Counted from the first letter of the stretch, positions 42,470 through 52,560 are shown. The stretch is 64,000 nucleotides of DNA from Sedimentisphaerales bacterium (GCA_963708075.1 OY970194.1:2432001-2496000); one strand, 5' to 3'. Translations and numbers: made by a program. The notes: generated by a model from the letters alone, not told the origin.

Positions 42470-42478
42470 AGATTTACC

Positions 42479-42506
42479 AAATCGTAAATCTCAAATCGTA
42501 AATCAT
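42479..42506. repeat. Heptamer tandem repeat (AAATCGT) x4
   Basis: aaatcgt aaatctc aaatcgt aaatcat between pdxJ and dapA. Confidence 0.75.
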
Positions 42507-42523
42507 AAATGAGGAGAAGCCGG

Positions 42524-43396
42524 ATGTTCACAGGGGCCATGGTGGCACTGATCACGCCGTTTCACGATGGCGAGGTCGACTTCAAAACACTTGACGAGCT
42601 GGTCGAATTCCAACTGGAGAACAGCATCGATGCGATCGTGCCCGTAGGCACGACGGGCGAGTGCCCGACCCTCAGCCACGAGGAACACAAGCAGGTGGTC
42701 GAGCGGGTCGTCAAGAGCGTCGGCGGGGCTACGCCGGTGATTGCCGGGGCAGGCTCCAACAGCACCGCCGAAGCCATTGAGCTGGCCGCCTACGCAAAGA
42801 AGGTCGGTGCCGATGCCACGTTGCAGGTGTGCCCCTACTACAACAAGCCCACGCAGGAGGGGTTTTACCAGCACTTCAAGGCGGTTGCCGATGAGGTCGA
42901 TCTGCCGATGGTGCTGTACAATATCCCCGGCCGATGCGGGGCCGGCCTGACGCCCGAGACGGTGGCCAGACTCGCCGAGCACGACAACATCGTCGGCATT
43001 AAGGAGGCGACAGGCAGCCTCGACCAGGCCAGCGAAATCGCGATGCGCTGCGACATCACGATCATCTCCGGCGATGACTCGCTCACTCTGCCTCTGGCCT
43101 CCGTTGGCGGCAAAGGCGTCATCAGCGTCGTGGCGAACATCGTTCCCGCCGACGTCAAGGCGATGACCGACCTGATCCTTGAAGGCGATCTGATCAAAGC
43201 CCGGCAATGGCACCGTAAGCTCTTTGTCCTGAGTAAGAACATGCTCACGCTGGCGACCAACCCGATCCCGATCAAGGCCGCCATGGCAATGCTGGAGATG
43301 TGCTCAGAAGAGTTGCGTCTGCCCATGACCCCCCTGGAAGACAGCAAAAAGACCGCCCTGCGCAAGACCCTCCACGAATACGGTCTGCTGAACTGA
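42524..43396 (+). CDS. dapA: 4-hydroxy-tetrahydrodipicolinate synthase
   Basis: ALITPF, GTTGE, PYYNKP, LYNIPGR, GIKEA, SGDD, NPIPIK. Confidence 0.96.
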   Translation: MFTGAMVALITPFHDGEVDFKTLDELVEFQLENSIDAIVPVGTTGECPTLSHEEHKQVVERVVKSVGGATPVIAGAGSNSTAEAIELAAYAKKVGADATLQVCPYYNKPTQEGFYQHFKAVADEVDLPMVLYNIPGRCGAGLTPETVARLAEHDNIVGIKEATGSLDQASEIAMRCDITIISGDDSLTLPLASVGGKGVISVVANIVPADVKAMTDLILEGDLIKARQWHRKLFVLSKNMLTLATNPIPIKAAMAMLEMCSEELRLPMTPLEDSKKTALRKTLHEYGLLN

Positions 43397-43539
43397 TCAT
43401 CGAGCCGGGCTTAACAGCCTACGGTGATGCGCGTTCCTGCTTCTCCTGTGGGAGTTGCTGTTTCCAGTTGTCGCCGTACTGCCATGCGTTGCGCGGCCGG
43501 AGTTCGTTTCGCCGGGTCCACGGCCGGTCCGGCTTCTGC

Positions 43540-44076
43540 TCATTCGGCCGACGACGTCCTTTGTGTCCGGTCGCACAAATCCGCGAACTGTTTCCGTGCC
43601 GCATCGAGACTACCGAGGCTGCAGTTGCCTGAGTTGCGCCATCGCCCGTCCTCGAGTTCAAACGAACGGTAGTCGAAGATGCTCTTCCACGCATGCGGCA
43701 CCTTCGCGATGACACAGGCGTGAGTACCACGAAACACGCGGACTTCCAGAATCTTGCTGTTGAGCAGTTCATCCCGGAACGCCTTGGAGACCTCCCGCTT
43801 GCCCTGGTTGGTTGGCGTGCCTTCTGCAAAACGTCGGACGCTGAGACGACGCCAGGAATCCTGATCGCCGGTCGCATTGAGCCGATTGATCGCCGCATAC
43901 ATGGCCTCGGGAGTCGACGGGTTTTCCTCTACTGGGAAGTCAGCGACCGTCCGGTTGACCTCGTAGGAGGTCACAGCATCCCTGGACCCATTCTCCTCGC
44001 GAGGCATCAGCGAGATTCCATAGGCAACCGCCCCCACAACACAGCCCACAGCCACGACCCCAGTGATTGCCTTCAT
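43540..44076 (-). CDS. Membrane-anchored hypothetical protein
   Basis: GGAGG RBS just after the ECF stop; N-terminal TM helix; NPSTPEA motif resembling the ECF C-terminal domain. Confidence 0.65.
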   Translation of the reverse strand: MKAITGVVAVGCVVGAVAYGISLMPREENGSRDAVTSYEVNRTVADFPVEENPSTPEAMYAAINRLNATGDQDSWRRLSVRRFAEGTPTNQGKREVSKAFRDELLNSKILEVRVFRGTHACVIAKVPHAWKSIFDYRSFELEDGRWRNSGNCSLGSLDAARKQFADLCDRTQRTSSAE

Positions 44077-44093
44077 GTTTGGCCTCCTCCCGT

Positions 44094-45500
44094 CTAAAGG
44101 CCGTCGATGAGCCAGGAGTCGCCGGATCGGCGCAGGCTGGCGTCGAGGTTGTAGGTATCGCCGGCGTGGAAGGTTTGGCCGCCTGCCGTCACCGTCACGT
44201 CCTTCTTGAAAGTAACCTGCCACGTCACCCCCATGGCGTCCCCTTCCTCTGTGGTCTCGATGATGGGCATCTCCGCATCCGGGTCGAGCGATTGAAGCCA
44301 CAACTTCATCTCATACTCGCTTCGCTGTTTGGGGTCGGCAGGATCGGCGTTCAGGATTTCCTGCATGTCCCCGAAATCCGTGCCGCCGGGCAAGAAGCAG
44401 GCCATGACGGACTCCGCATTCCCGGAGGCAATTGCTTTGGTGAAGCTGCGTACCGTCGCCTCGGGCGTGCTCAGGTCCAGACGGAAGCTGTCTTCTTTCT
44501 TGTCTGCCTCGTTCCCGCGTGGCGTCAGAGGTTGAGGATCCGCGGCCGGTGCAGCGGTCGTTGGCTGAGGCAACAGCATTTCGACGGAGTCCGACCTTCC
44601 TGTTGTCGATTGGTCCGGCGCAGGTGACTCGGCATCCCGCACCTTCGGCTGATCCGGTTGTGCCATTGTCCGGCCGGCGGTCTGCCGATTCTCCCGGCTG
44701 GTTGCTGGAGGCGAGGGCGGGGCTTGGGAAGGCCCGGAGGAGAAAGTCGTGTAAGTGATCAGCCCCGCGCCGGTCACAACGGCAGCGACGATAATGATGA
44801 CCTTGGTCTTGGCCGCAGCAACCAAGCCATAACCGAGCGAGGATGACACCGATGCAGCCGTCGCGGCTTTCGTCCCCATCAGGGCCATTTTGCCAAGCTG
44901 TTGGAGCACCGCGGCGGGAGCACTCTGGGCCGTGCTCTGCACCAGAAGCGTGGACAGAGCCCCTGCAGCGACCAGGACTCCCTGTCTCTGCAACTGCGCC
45001 CGCAGCCTTGCCAGTCCCGATTCCATTGCCCGCGAGATCGTCGGGCGAGAGACGCCCCGCTGCCGCGCGATCTCCGCCATGGGGAGCCCCTCCAGGTAAT
45101 GCCGCACGAGCAGGTCCCGGGTGTCGTCATCGAGGTGCGTCAGGGCTTCGTCCACACACGGGGACACCTCGCGCCAAGTCTGATCGTCGTTAGCCTTGTC
45201 ATCCAGGTACACCCGTTCCCGCTGCCGGCGGGCGGAATCGCTGCGAATCAGATCCACGGCCTTGCCCGTGGCGACACGATGCAGCCAGCCGGCAAGGGAG
45301 CCGCGGACCTCCCCGGCCCGTTTCATCAACTGGAAAAACGTCTCCTGCGTCGCATCGGCAGCCCTGTCCGTATCCGCCAGGATCCGCAGGCACGTACTGT
45401 AGACCAGCCCGGCGTACTGGCGAACGATCTGCGCAAACGCCTCGGTATCCCCGGTGCCGACAAACCGCTGCAACAAGGCACTCTCATTCTCAACCATCAT
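44094..45500 (-). CDS. ECF sigma factor with TM helix and extracytoplasmic C-terminal domain
   Basis: Sigma2 (AADATQETF...LAGWLHRVA) and sigma4 (EIARQRGVSRPTISR); Ala-rich linker, TM helix, Pro-rich linker, DLSTPEATVRSF domain. Confidence 0.9.
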   Translation of the reverse strand: MMVENESALLQRFVGTGDTEAFAQIVRQYAGLVYSTCLRILADTDRAADATQETFFQLMKRAGEVRGSLAGWLHRVATGKAVDLIRSDSARRQRERVYLDDKANDDQTWREVSPCVDEALTHLDDDTRDLLVRHYLEGLPMAEIARQRGVSRPTISRAMESGLARLRAQLQRQGVLVAAGALSTLLVQSTAQSAPAAVLQQLGKMALMGTKAATAASVSSSLGYGLVAAAKTKVIIIVAAVVTGAGLITYTTFSSGPSQAPPSPPATSRENRQTAGRTMAQPDQPKVRDAESPAPDQSTTGRSDSVEMLLPQPTTAAPAADPQPLTPRGNEADKKEDSFRLDLSTPEATVRSFTKAIASGNAESVMACFLPGGTDFGDMQEILNADPADPKQRSEYEMKLWLQSLDPDAEMPIIETTEEGDAMGVTWQVTFKKDVTVTAGGQTFHAGDTYNLDASLRRSGDSWLIDGL

Positions 45501-45544
45501 CGTTCTCCTGAACATAGGCTCCGTAATGGCATCACTACTGTATG

Positions 45545-45573
45545 TTAGTCGGAGCCGAGGCGCAAACCGTTCA
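45545..45573 (-). promoter_or_regulatory. Putative ECF-type autoregulatory promoter
   Basis: TGAA-N18-CGACTAA ending about 45 nt before the ATG; same motif at 48746-48774. Confidence 0.55.
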
Positions 45574-45579
45574 AGAGAA

Positions 45580-46911
45580 TCATTGCATCTGATGCGGATC
45601 GCTACGCCTGGCGGGCTGCCAAGGGTCCCACCCCGCCGGCTGTTCGGGCTGGGAGATATCGAGGGTCTGCACGTTGGGCAGTTTCTCCTTCAGGCGTGCG
45701 ACGGCCTGCCGGCTGATCGAAACGCTCGACTGGATCTGAATCGAATCGAGCTTCTTGCACGAGGCCAGATAGGACAATCCCTGCTCGGTAATCTGGCTAT
45801 GGTAGACCTCAAGGGCGCGAAGCTTGGGCATAGTGGATAGAGGTTTCAGGCCATTGCTGGTCAGATCGGATCCGCCCTTGATGGCCAAAACCTCCAGATG
45901 CGTCAAGGAGGCCAGGGCCGTCATGCCTGCGTCGCCGCTCGAAGCATCGCCGACCCCAAGCGCCGTGAGCTTAGGCATGGCCTTGAGGTACGTGATGCTG
46001 CGATCCGTGATCTGATCCAGCCAGGGGACGCACAGACGCTCCAGGGACCCGATCCGGGACAAATGGCGCAGCCCCTCCTCGGTAGCGTGTGGCGTCTCCA
46101 GCCACATCGCTTTGAGCGAAGGCGCCGCAGCCAGATTAGCCAGCCCCCGATCGGTGAACGGGCCGGACAGACGCAGATGACGCAGCTTCGGCAGCGTGGC
46201 AAGGACCTTAAGCCCGTCATCTGTCATCATCATGGTGCCCTCCAGATGCAGGACCTCCAGGTTGCGGAGCTTGGCGATGGAGGCCAATCCGGCGTCCGTC
46301 AGCAGATCGCCGACGATCTCCATCTCGCTGACCGTCTGCAAGGTGGCGATCCCCGCCATCTCGGCATCGGTCAGCCGATAGGGCGTGCAGATGTGCTCCA
46401 ACCCGGGCAGCGACTGGAGCATCGACCAGCCCTTGCCGCTGAAGCGTGCCGTGACCGGGCAGAAATGCGTCAGTCCCGTCAGCCGGGCCACGTGTGGCAG
46501 GACTGCGTCATCCACCTGGGTCGGCTCGAGGAAGTCCAGGTCCTGCACATCGGCCGGACCCAGTGACTTGAGGCAATCGATGCACTGATATTGGGTCACG
46601 CCCCTGCCCCCCAGATGCAGAACTACGCATTTGCCGGCCGGAATACGCACCTCGCCCCGGGCCGGACCCAGATGCTGCGTCGGCACAAACACGTAGCCGG
46701 GGTGGAATTCCCTGGAGATCTCCGGGACTACGTAACTCGCATCGATCAGGGCAATCTCGCCGATGGCCTGAAATGACGGAAAGTGCAGCACCCGCTCAGC
46801 CAGGCCCGCGCCACCGCTGAAACCCCCGGCCGCCCCAGACTGCCCATCTGCCATTGCCGCCTGCGACAATGTCGCAAGCACGATCACCGATAGTTGGATT
46901 CGACGACTCAT
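45580..46911 (-). CDS. Secreted leucine-rich repeat protein
   Basis: Signal peptide; about ten LRR units of type LxxLxxLxL...TDxGLxxL. Confidence 0.88.
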   Translation of the reverse strand: MSRRIQLSVIVLATLSQAAMADGQSGAAGGFSGGAGLAERVLHFPSFQAIGEIALIDASYVVPEISREFHPGYVFVPTQHLGPARGEVRIPAGKCVVLHLGGRGVTQYQCIDCLKSLGPADVQDLDFLEPTQVDDAVLPHVARLTGLTHFCPVTARFSGKGWSMLQSLPGLEHICTPYRLTDAEMAGIATLQTVSEMEIVGDLLTDAGLASIAKLRNLEVLHLEGTMMMTDDGLKVLATLPKLRHLRLSGPFTDRGLANLAAAPSLKAMWLETPHATEEGLRHLSRIGSLERLCVPWLDQITDRSITYLKAMPKLTALGVGDASSGDAGMTALASLTHLEVLAIKGGSDLTSNGLKPLSTMPKLRALEVYHSQITEQGLSYLASCKKLDSIQIQSSVSISRQAVARLKEKLPNVQTLDISQPEQPAGWDPWQPARRSDPHQMQ

Positions 46912-47119
46912 CTGAGGCTCCGTGCATTTTCCGACTTCATGGAGCGTGCCCGGCAGACACATCGTCTGCCCATCAGGTGTCTCCAGCGTCGGCGCCCACT
47001 TGGCGTGTGTGCGCCAACACTTATCCATGTTGACGCTGCCGAAGTCAAGACGTTACACAGTTTTTCGGGCAGACCCGTGCTCGCTATAGTACTCCGGCTA
47101 CTCGAATCTGGTGAATGCC

Positions 47120-47147
47120 GGGTGGCAACGGCAAGCGGAGTCTTGCC
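47120..47147 (+). repeat. REP-like palindrome (GGGTGGC-capped)
   Basis: gggtggcaacggcaagcggagtcttgcc; related to 54006-54042. Confidence 0.55.
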
Positions 47148-47149
47148 CA

Positions 47150-47345
47150 CTCGTCTGCTCTGCAACTGGAACGAGAGTTCCCGCAGGTTTGCCAGACCCG
47201 AGAGATCGAGGCCGGAGTTGTCTTGAATCACGTCGTCCAGGTTCAACGTCCGCAGGTTTGTCAGCTTGTTGAATGAGTTCACGCCGCTGATGGTCAGCCG
47301 GCAGTGGTTTATGCTCAGAATCTCCAGGGAGCGAAGGCCGGCCAA
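47150..47345 (-). pseudogene. Fragment of a second LRR gene
   Basis: LAGLRSLEILSI...LTNLRTLNL...LSGLANLRELSF with no proper start; LRR pattern stops at the palindrome at 47120-47147. Confidence 0.65.
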
Positions 47346-47482
47346 CGTTCTGCCGCCGACGGACTGGAACGCAACCTGTGCAAACGGCTGCTGCCGAACG
47401 TGCGATGGAATTCGGTCACCGAGAAGCTCCCTTGCGTGTCACGTGTCTGACCACAGCCGCGGAATCAACCCGACCTCCCCCC

Positions 47483-48701
47483 TCACTGCTCGTTGGGATC
47501 CGTGTCGTTCGAATCGTTCGGGTCGCCGGGCAGGGTCGTGGTCCGCGTGGGACCAGCCGCCATAAAGTACATGCCGCCGCCCATCGATGGTCCGGGGTCT
47601 GCCGGTGGCTGGTCCTCCTGTGAGGTGGAAGCAACCGCCATGGCGACGCCGCCCATTCCGCCGAAACCACCAGCCGGAGGGGTGGCCGTATCCGCAGCAG
47701 GCGGAGCGTCCATTGTCTGCTGAGGCACGGGCTGCTGCGGCCGGCTCTCCTGCGGACCGGCGCGGCCGCCACCCATCAGTTCGGCCCATTTCCGGGCCGC
47801 ATCGGAGGAACCGGCTGGTGGAACCGAGGTGGCCTGGGGCAACGAGAACCGGCGCTGAGACGATGGCGCGTGTCTGCGCTTTCGACGTAGCTGACCTCGT
47901 AACGACCGTACTCTGGGGGGAAGGGGACCGCGTGGCATGCTGGTAAGTTGCGACGGTACCTGCGCCGATCACCGCCACGGCGGCCACAGCCACGACCTTG
48001 GCCTTTACGCCAGCCAGCACGCCGCCGGCAACCGTCTGCATCGCCGAAGCACCCGCCGCTCCGACGGCCGCGTGCCCGCCCACCATGGCCATCTTGCCCA
48101 GTTCCGTCATCAACGCCGACGGGGCGGCTTGAACTGCGTTCTTGCCCAGCAACGTGCTTAAGATCCCGGCGGCGACGAGGACACCGCGTTTGCGAAGAAT
48201 GGCACGCAGTTGGGTGACGCCGGCATCGACACGGCGGGAGACAGTCGCCTGGGAAACGCCGCGGCTCAGAGCGACCTGCCGGGTCGTCTGGCCCTGCAGG
48301 AAATGGGCAATGAGCATCTCCCGGGTTTCGCTGTCGAGTCTGTTCAGTTCCTCATCGACGTGGTGGGACAGGTCTTTCCAATCGGTCACCTCATGGGGCT
48401 TGCCGGCCATGTATTCGGCCTCCCGGCGCCGGCGTGAAGCGTCCCGGCGCATCTGATCGATGGCCTTGTGTGTCGCCACCCGATGCAGCCAGCCGGGGAG
48501 CGATCCGGTCACGTTGTGAGCGTCCTTCGTGAGTTGCAGGAAGGTCTCCTGGGCCACATCCGACGCCCTGTCCACATCCGCAAGGATCCTCAGGGCCGCG
48601 CCGTAAACGAGTCCCGCATGGCGCCGGATAATCTCCGCGAATGCTCCGGCATCCCCAGTTCTGGTGAAACGGTTCAGTAAGACTGTCTCTGTTTCCACCA
48701 T
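47483..48701 (-). CDS. Second ECF sigma factor with TM helix and low-complexity extension (frameshift near 47870)
   Basis: Clear paralog of 44094-45500 over sigma2, sigma4, linker and TM; C-terminus continues in ORF 47483-47938. Confidence 0.85.
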
Positions 48702-48745
48702 GGTCGTCTCTCCTAACCAGCCCTTTCGATCACACCAACTGTGAA

Positions 48746-48774
48746 TAAGGCGTTGGCAAACATCGAATTATTCA
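48746..48774 (-). promoter_or_regulatory. Putative ECF-type autoregulatory promoter
   Basis: TGAA-N18-CGCCTTA ending about 45 nt before ATG 48701. Confidence 0.55.
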
Positions 48775-48852
48775 TAAAAGTGCGTCAGATGGGCCTCGCG
48801 GCGCACGTGGATCCCGTCGGACCTGTCGCGTCCGCGGCTCAATCTTCACGCT

Positions 48853-49989
48853 TCATTGATCCTTGGGGAGCTCTTGTGCCTCTATGTAAGTCCTCAAGGT
48901 GGCCGAAACCATCTGGCTGACGGAATAGTAAGTCCTGACATGCTCCTGTGCCGTCATTGCCAGTTGGCGTGCAAAGTCATGGTGGTCAAGCAGTTGCGTC
49001 AAGGCCTGGCGAATGCTCTGCTCGTCGTTTCGCTCGAAGACTACAGCCGTCTGGTCAGGGACGATCAGGTCATCGACGCCGCCCCTGCAGGCCGCCACCG
49101 CCGTGCCCAGGCTCATGGCCTCCAGGAGAAACATGTTGAATGCCCGCAGCGGCTGTGGCTGCACGAAGATGTCTCCCGCTGCCAGGACGGACCGCCAAGG
49201 GTCCAGGACCGGGACGAGGGTGACGGCCTGGACGATGCCCAGCCGATCCAACAGCCGGCGCAGCCCGTGCTCTGCCGGCCCGCTGCCCATCAGAATCACC
49301 ATGAACTCATAGCCGTCCGCCAGCAAACCTTTGACGACCCGGAAGAAACTCTCGAAATCCGAGGCCCGGCGAAGCGGCTGAGCCAGGACGATACTCGGCA
49401 TCCGGGAGGGATCTGAAAAGCAGACACTATCCTCCTCAATGAAGGTTCCCACGTTGATCTGTCGGACTCGCCCGGCAAGCCGGGGATAAGCCTTTGTCAT
49501 GCTGGCGGCGATGGTTTGGGTCGGCGCGATGATCGCCCTGCACCGCTGCGGTGATAGCCGGACTCCAGAGAACCGTTTCGCCAGGGAATTGACCGTCTGC
49601 ACATAGGGCAGATCCAGCCGATGAGCCAACCGATTCACCAGCGATGCCTCGCCCTCGGAGAGACTATGCAGGATTGTGGGCCGGTACTTGGCCAGTTGAG
49701 CGGAGAGACGGTCGATACCGACGTATTTCATCAAAGGCAGATCAACCAGTGGATGCGAGAACACGGTCACCGGCATCGGCACAACTGATTCGAGATCGTA
49801 TCCGGGTGGGCAGATCAATATGGTCCAGATCGATTCATCCACAAGGCCCACCAACAGGTGTCTAAGGAAGGTGGATTGCTCCGCCAGCGTGCTCTCCGAC
49901 ACGATCAGGGCAGGACGAATCGATGTCCGCACGGCCGCTATATCCGTGTCTTCCTGATTCGCCCGGTATTTCACAGAATTGCGGCTCAC
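48853..49989 (-). CDS. Glycosyltransferase family 4 (GT-B) protein
   Basis: DIFVQP...FLLEAMSLG...GGVDDLI C-terminal GT4 signature. Confidence 0.85.
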   Translation of the reverse strand: MSRNSVKYRANQEDTDIAAVRTSIRPALIVSESTLAEQSTFLRHLLVGLVDESIWTILICPPGYDLESVVPMPVTVFSHPLVDLPLMKYVGIDRLSAQLAKYRPTILHSLSEGEASLVNRLAHRLDLPYVQTVNSLAKRFSGVRLSPQRCRAIIAPTQTIAASMTKAYPRLAGRVRQINVGTFIEEDSVCFSDPSRMPSIVLAQPLRRASDFESFFRVVKGLLADGYEFMVILMGSGPAEHGLRRLLDRLGIVQAVTLVPVLDPWRSVLAAGDIFVQPQPLRAFNMFLLEAMSLGTAVAACRGGVDDLIVPDQTAVVFERNDEQSIRQALTQLLDHHDFARQLAMTAQEHVRTYYSVSQMVSATLRTYIEAQELPKDQ

Positions 49990-50091
49990 AGAGTGTATCC
50001 AAATGCAAAGGATAACTGGGCTTACACGCCGAAATCCAAGATCATTCTATCAAACTGAAAGCCAGTCAGCCATCCCAAAAGCCCCGAAGCC

Positions 50092-50246
50092 CAGGGCTTA
50101 CGCATCTAAATTGGAATCGGGCTTCTTGCCCGCGAAAACGCCTATCGGACGCTCACAAGTTCGGTGGCCCGGCCGATCCGTGATCCGAGCTTTCCGCGTT
50201 TCCGCGCCAATAGTCAGCGTCGAACAATTTAGATGCGATAGCCCTG
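50092..50246. mobile_element. Second 155-bp ISAs1-like MITE, inverted relative to 18422-18576
   Basis: TIR cagggcttacgcatctaaatt / aatttagatgcgatagccctg; flanks ccccgaagcc / ccccgaggcc (9/10); same length and colinear interior similarity. Confidence 0.85.
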
Positions 50247-50355
50247 CCCCGAGGCCCTGCGCAAAGCGAGGCGTTAGGGAAATTGACAATATGTCCGTTC
50301 TCCCGTGGCGGCTACATTGGGTTCGAGCTTGTACTGGTTCTGAAGGGGTATTGGG

Positions 50356-52560
50356 GTGGGAAGGTTGATTGTAGTCGCCAATCGTCTGCCGGTCAGCATT
50401 GCCAAGCGCGGAGACGAATTCCATGTCCAGCCGAGTCCAGGCGGGTTGGCGGGCGGGCTCGCCTCGCTGCCGGGTTCGATCGAGCGGCTCTGGATGGGCT
50501 GGCCGGGCATCGACAGTGAACATCTCAAGCCCGAAGACCGGGAGTATATCCGCGGGGAGCTGGCCGGGCAGAACTGCATCCCCGTCTTTCTTTCGCAACG
50601 GCAGATCGACCAGTATTACCTGGGGTTCTGCAATGAGACGATATGGCCTCTGTTCCACTACTTCCCCGGGCGGACGGTCTTTGAGCCAGGGTTCTGGAAA
50701 TCGTATAAGCAGGTCAACCGGATCTTCTGCGATGAGTTACTGAGGGTTGCCCGGCCGGAGGACTCCGTGTGGGTCCATGACTTCCAATTGATGCTTCTGC
50801 CCCGGATGCTGCGGGAGAAGACGCCGGAGCTGGCAGTGGGCTACTTCCTGCACATTCCATGGCCGTCGTTCGAGCTGTTTCGCCTGCTTCCCTGGCGCGA
50901 GGAGATTCTCGACGGCCTCCTGGGGGCCGACCTGGTTGGATTCCACAGCTACGACTACGTACGCCATTTCCTCAGCAGCATTACGCGAATCGCCGGGCTG
51001 GAACAGACTCTGGGAGAAGTAAAGGTGCAGAGCCGTGTCGTGAAGGTCGATGCCTTTCCAATGGGGATTGACTACGACAGATATGCCAATGCCGGCCACG
51101 GTCAACAGATCCTGATGGAGGTCGATGAAATTCGACGCATGGTCGGCAATCGGCGGATCATCCTGTCCATCGACAGGCTGGATTACACGAAAGGCATCGT
51201 CGAGCGGCTGGAGGCGTTCGACCAATTCCTTTCCACGTATCCCGAGTTTCGGGGCACCGTGGTGTTGGTTGTTGTGGCCGTCCCTTCCCGCACGGGCATC
51301 CCGGACTACCAGCAACTCCGGGATCGTCTGGAGCAGCTCGTTGGCCGTATCAATGGGGAATACGGCACCATTGGTTACATGCCCGTCTGGTACCTGTATC
51401 GCAACATGCCGTTTGAGAAGCTCGCGGCCCTCTATAGTGCGGCCGACGTGGCCATGGTCACGCCGCTGCGCGACGGGATGAACCTGATCGCCAAGGAATT
51501 TGTCGCCACGAAGGCCGACGGCCTGGGAGTGTTGATCCTCAGCGAGACGACCGGAGCGGCAAGCGAGTTAGGCGAAGCCCTGATCGTGAATCCTCACGAC
51601 AAGGCGGCTATCGTGGATGCGATCAAGAGCGCGCTGGAAATGCCGCCGGCGGAGCAACAGGGACGAAACCGGACGATGCAGGAGAGACTGCAGCGCTACG
51701 ATATTTCCCGCTGGGGCGAGGACTTTCTGTCGGCGCTGGCGGCAACCAGGGCCAGGCAGCAGGAAATGGCAGTGCACAAGTTGTCCGCGGATATTCAGGA
51801 AACGCTCGGTGCCGAATACGGCCGAAGTACCCGGCGGCTGCTTCTTTTGGACTATGACGGCACGCTCGTGGGCTTTCAGCCCCGGCCGGTCGAGGCAAAG
51901 CCGGACGATGAGATCATGGGACTCCTGGAGCATCTGATCGCCGATGAAGGCAACACGGTCGCCATCATCACAGGGAGGGACAAGAAGACAATCGACCAGT
52001 GGCTGGGGCAACTCCCCGTGATCATCGTGGCCGAGCATGGCGGCTGGATTCGCGAGAAAGACGGCGCTTGGCGCAGTCCGCAGCCACCGAATGAGGGCTG
52101 GAAGCGTTCGATCCGGCCCATCCTGGAGCTGTTCTCAGATCGGACCCCAGGGACATTCGTCGAGGAGAAGGACTTCTCCCTGGTCTGGCATTACCGCCGG
52201 GCCGAGCCGGCCCTGGCCCACGTACGGACGCAGGAGTTGCGCGATACTCTCGTGAACCTGACGGAGACGATGGATGTGGGGGTCTTTGAAGGCAACAAGA
52301 TCCTCGAAATCCGGAGACTGGGAATCAGCAAGGGCCGGGCCGTGGAGCGTCTGATCGCCCAGAATGGGTGGGACTTCCTGCTGGCAGCCGGCGACGACTA
52401 CACCGATGAGGAGATGTTCGCTGTTCTGCCCGCCGACGCCTACTCCATCAAAGTAGGTATAGGCGCCTCCCGGGCCCGCTTCAATGTGGACACTGTCGGC
52501 GACATGCGATCCGTGCTGAAGAGGCTGCTGGAATGTCACGCCATCAGCTCGCCTGCGTGA
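50356..52560 (+). CDS. Bifunctional trehalose-6-phosphate synthase/phosphatase (OtsA-OtsB fusion)
   Basis: [36 protein letters not shown] (GT20); LDYDGTL, AEHG, GDDYTDE (HAD). Confidence 0.95.
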   Translation: MGRLIVVANRLPVSIAKRGDEFHVQPSPGGLAGGLASLPGSIERLWMGWPGIDSEHLKPEDREYIRGELAGQNCIPVFLSQRQIDQYYLGFCNETIWPLFHYFPGRTVFEPGFWKSYKQVNRIFCDELLRVARPEDSVWVHDFQLMLLPRMLREKTPELAVGYFLHIPWPSFELFRLLPWREEILDGLLGADLVGFHSYDYVRHFLSSITRIAGLEQTLGEVKVQSRVVKVDAFPMGIDYDRYANAGHGQQILMEVDEIRRMVGNRRIILSIDRLDYTKGIVERLEAFDQFLSTYPEFRGTVVLVVVAVPSRTGIPDYQQLRDRLEQLVGRINGEYGTIGYMPVWYLYRNMPFEKLAALYSAADVAMVTPLRDGMNLIAKEFVATKADGLGVLILSETTGAASELGEALIVNPHDKAAIVDAIKSALEMPPAEQQGRNRTMQERLQRYDISRWGEDFLSALAATRARQQEMAVHKLSADIQETLGAEYGRSTRRLLLLDYDGTLVGFQPRPVEAKPDDEIMGLLEHLIADEGNTVAIITGRDKKTIDQWLGQLPVIIVAEHGGWIREKDGAWRSPQPPNEGWKRSIRPILELFSDRTPGTFVEEKDFSLVWHYRRAEPALAHVRTQELRDTLVNLTETMDVGVFEGNKILEIRRLGISKGRAVERLIAQNGWDFLLAAGDDYTDEEMFAVLPADAYSIKVGIGASRARFNVDTVGDMRSVLKRLLECHAISSPA

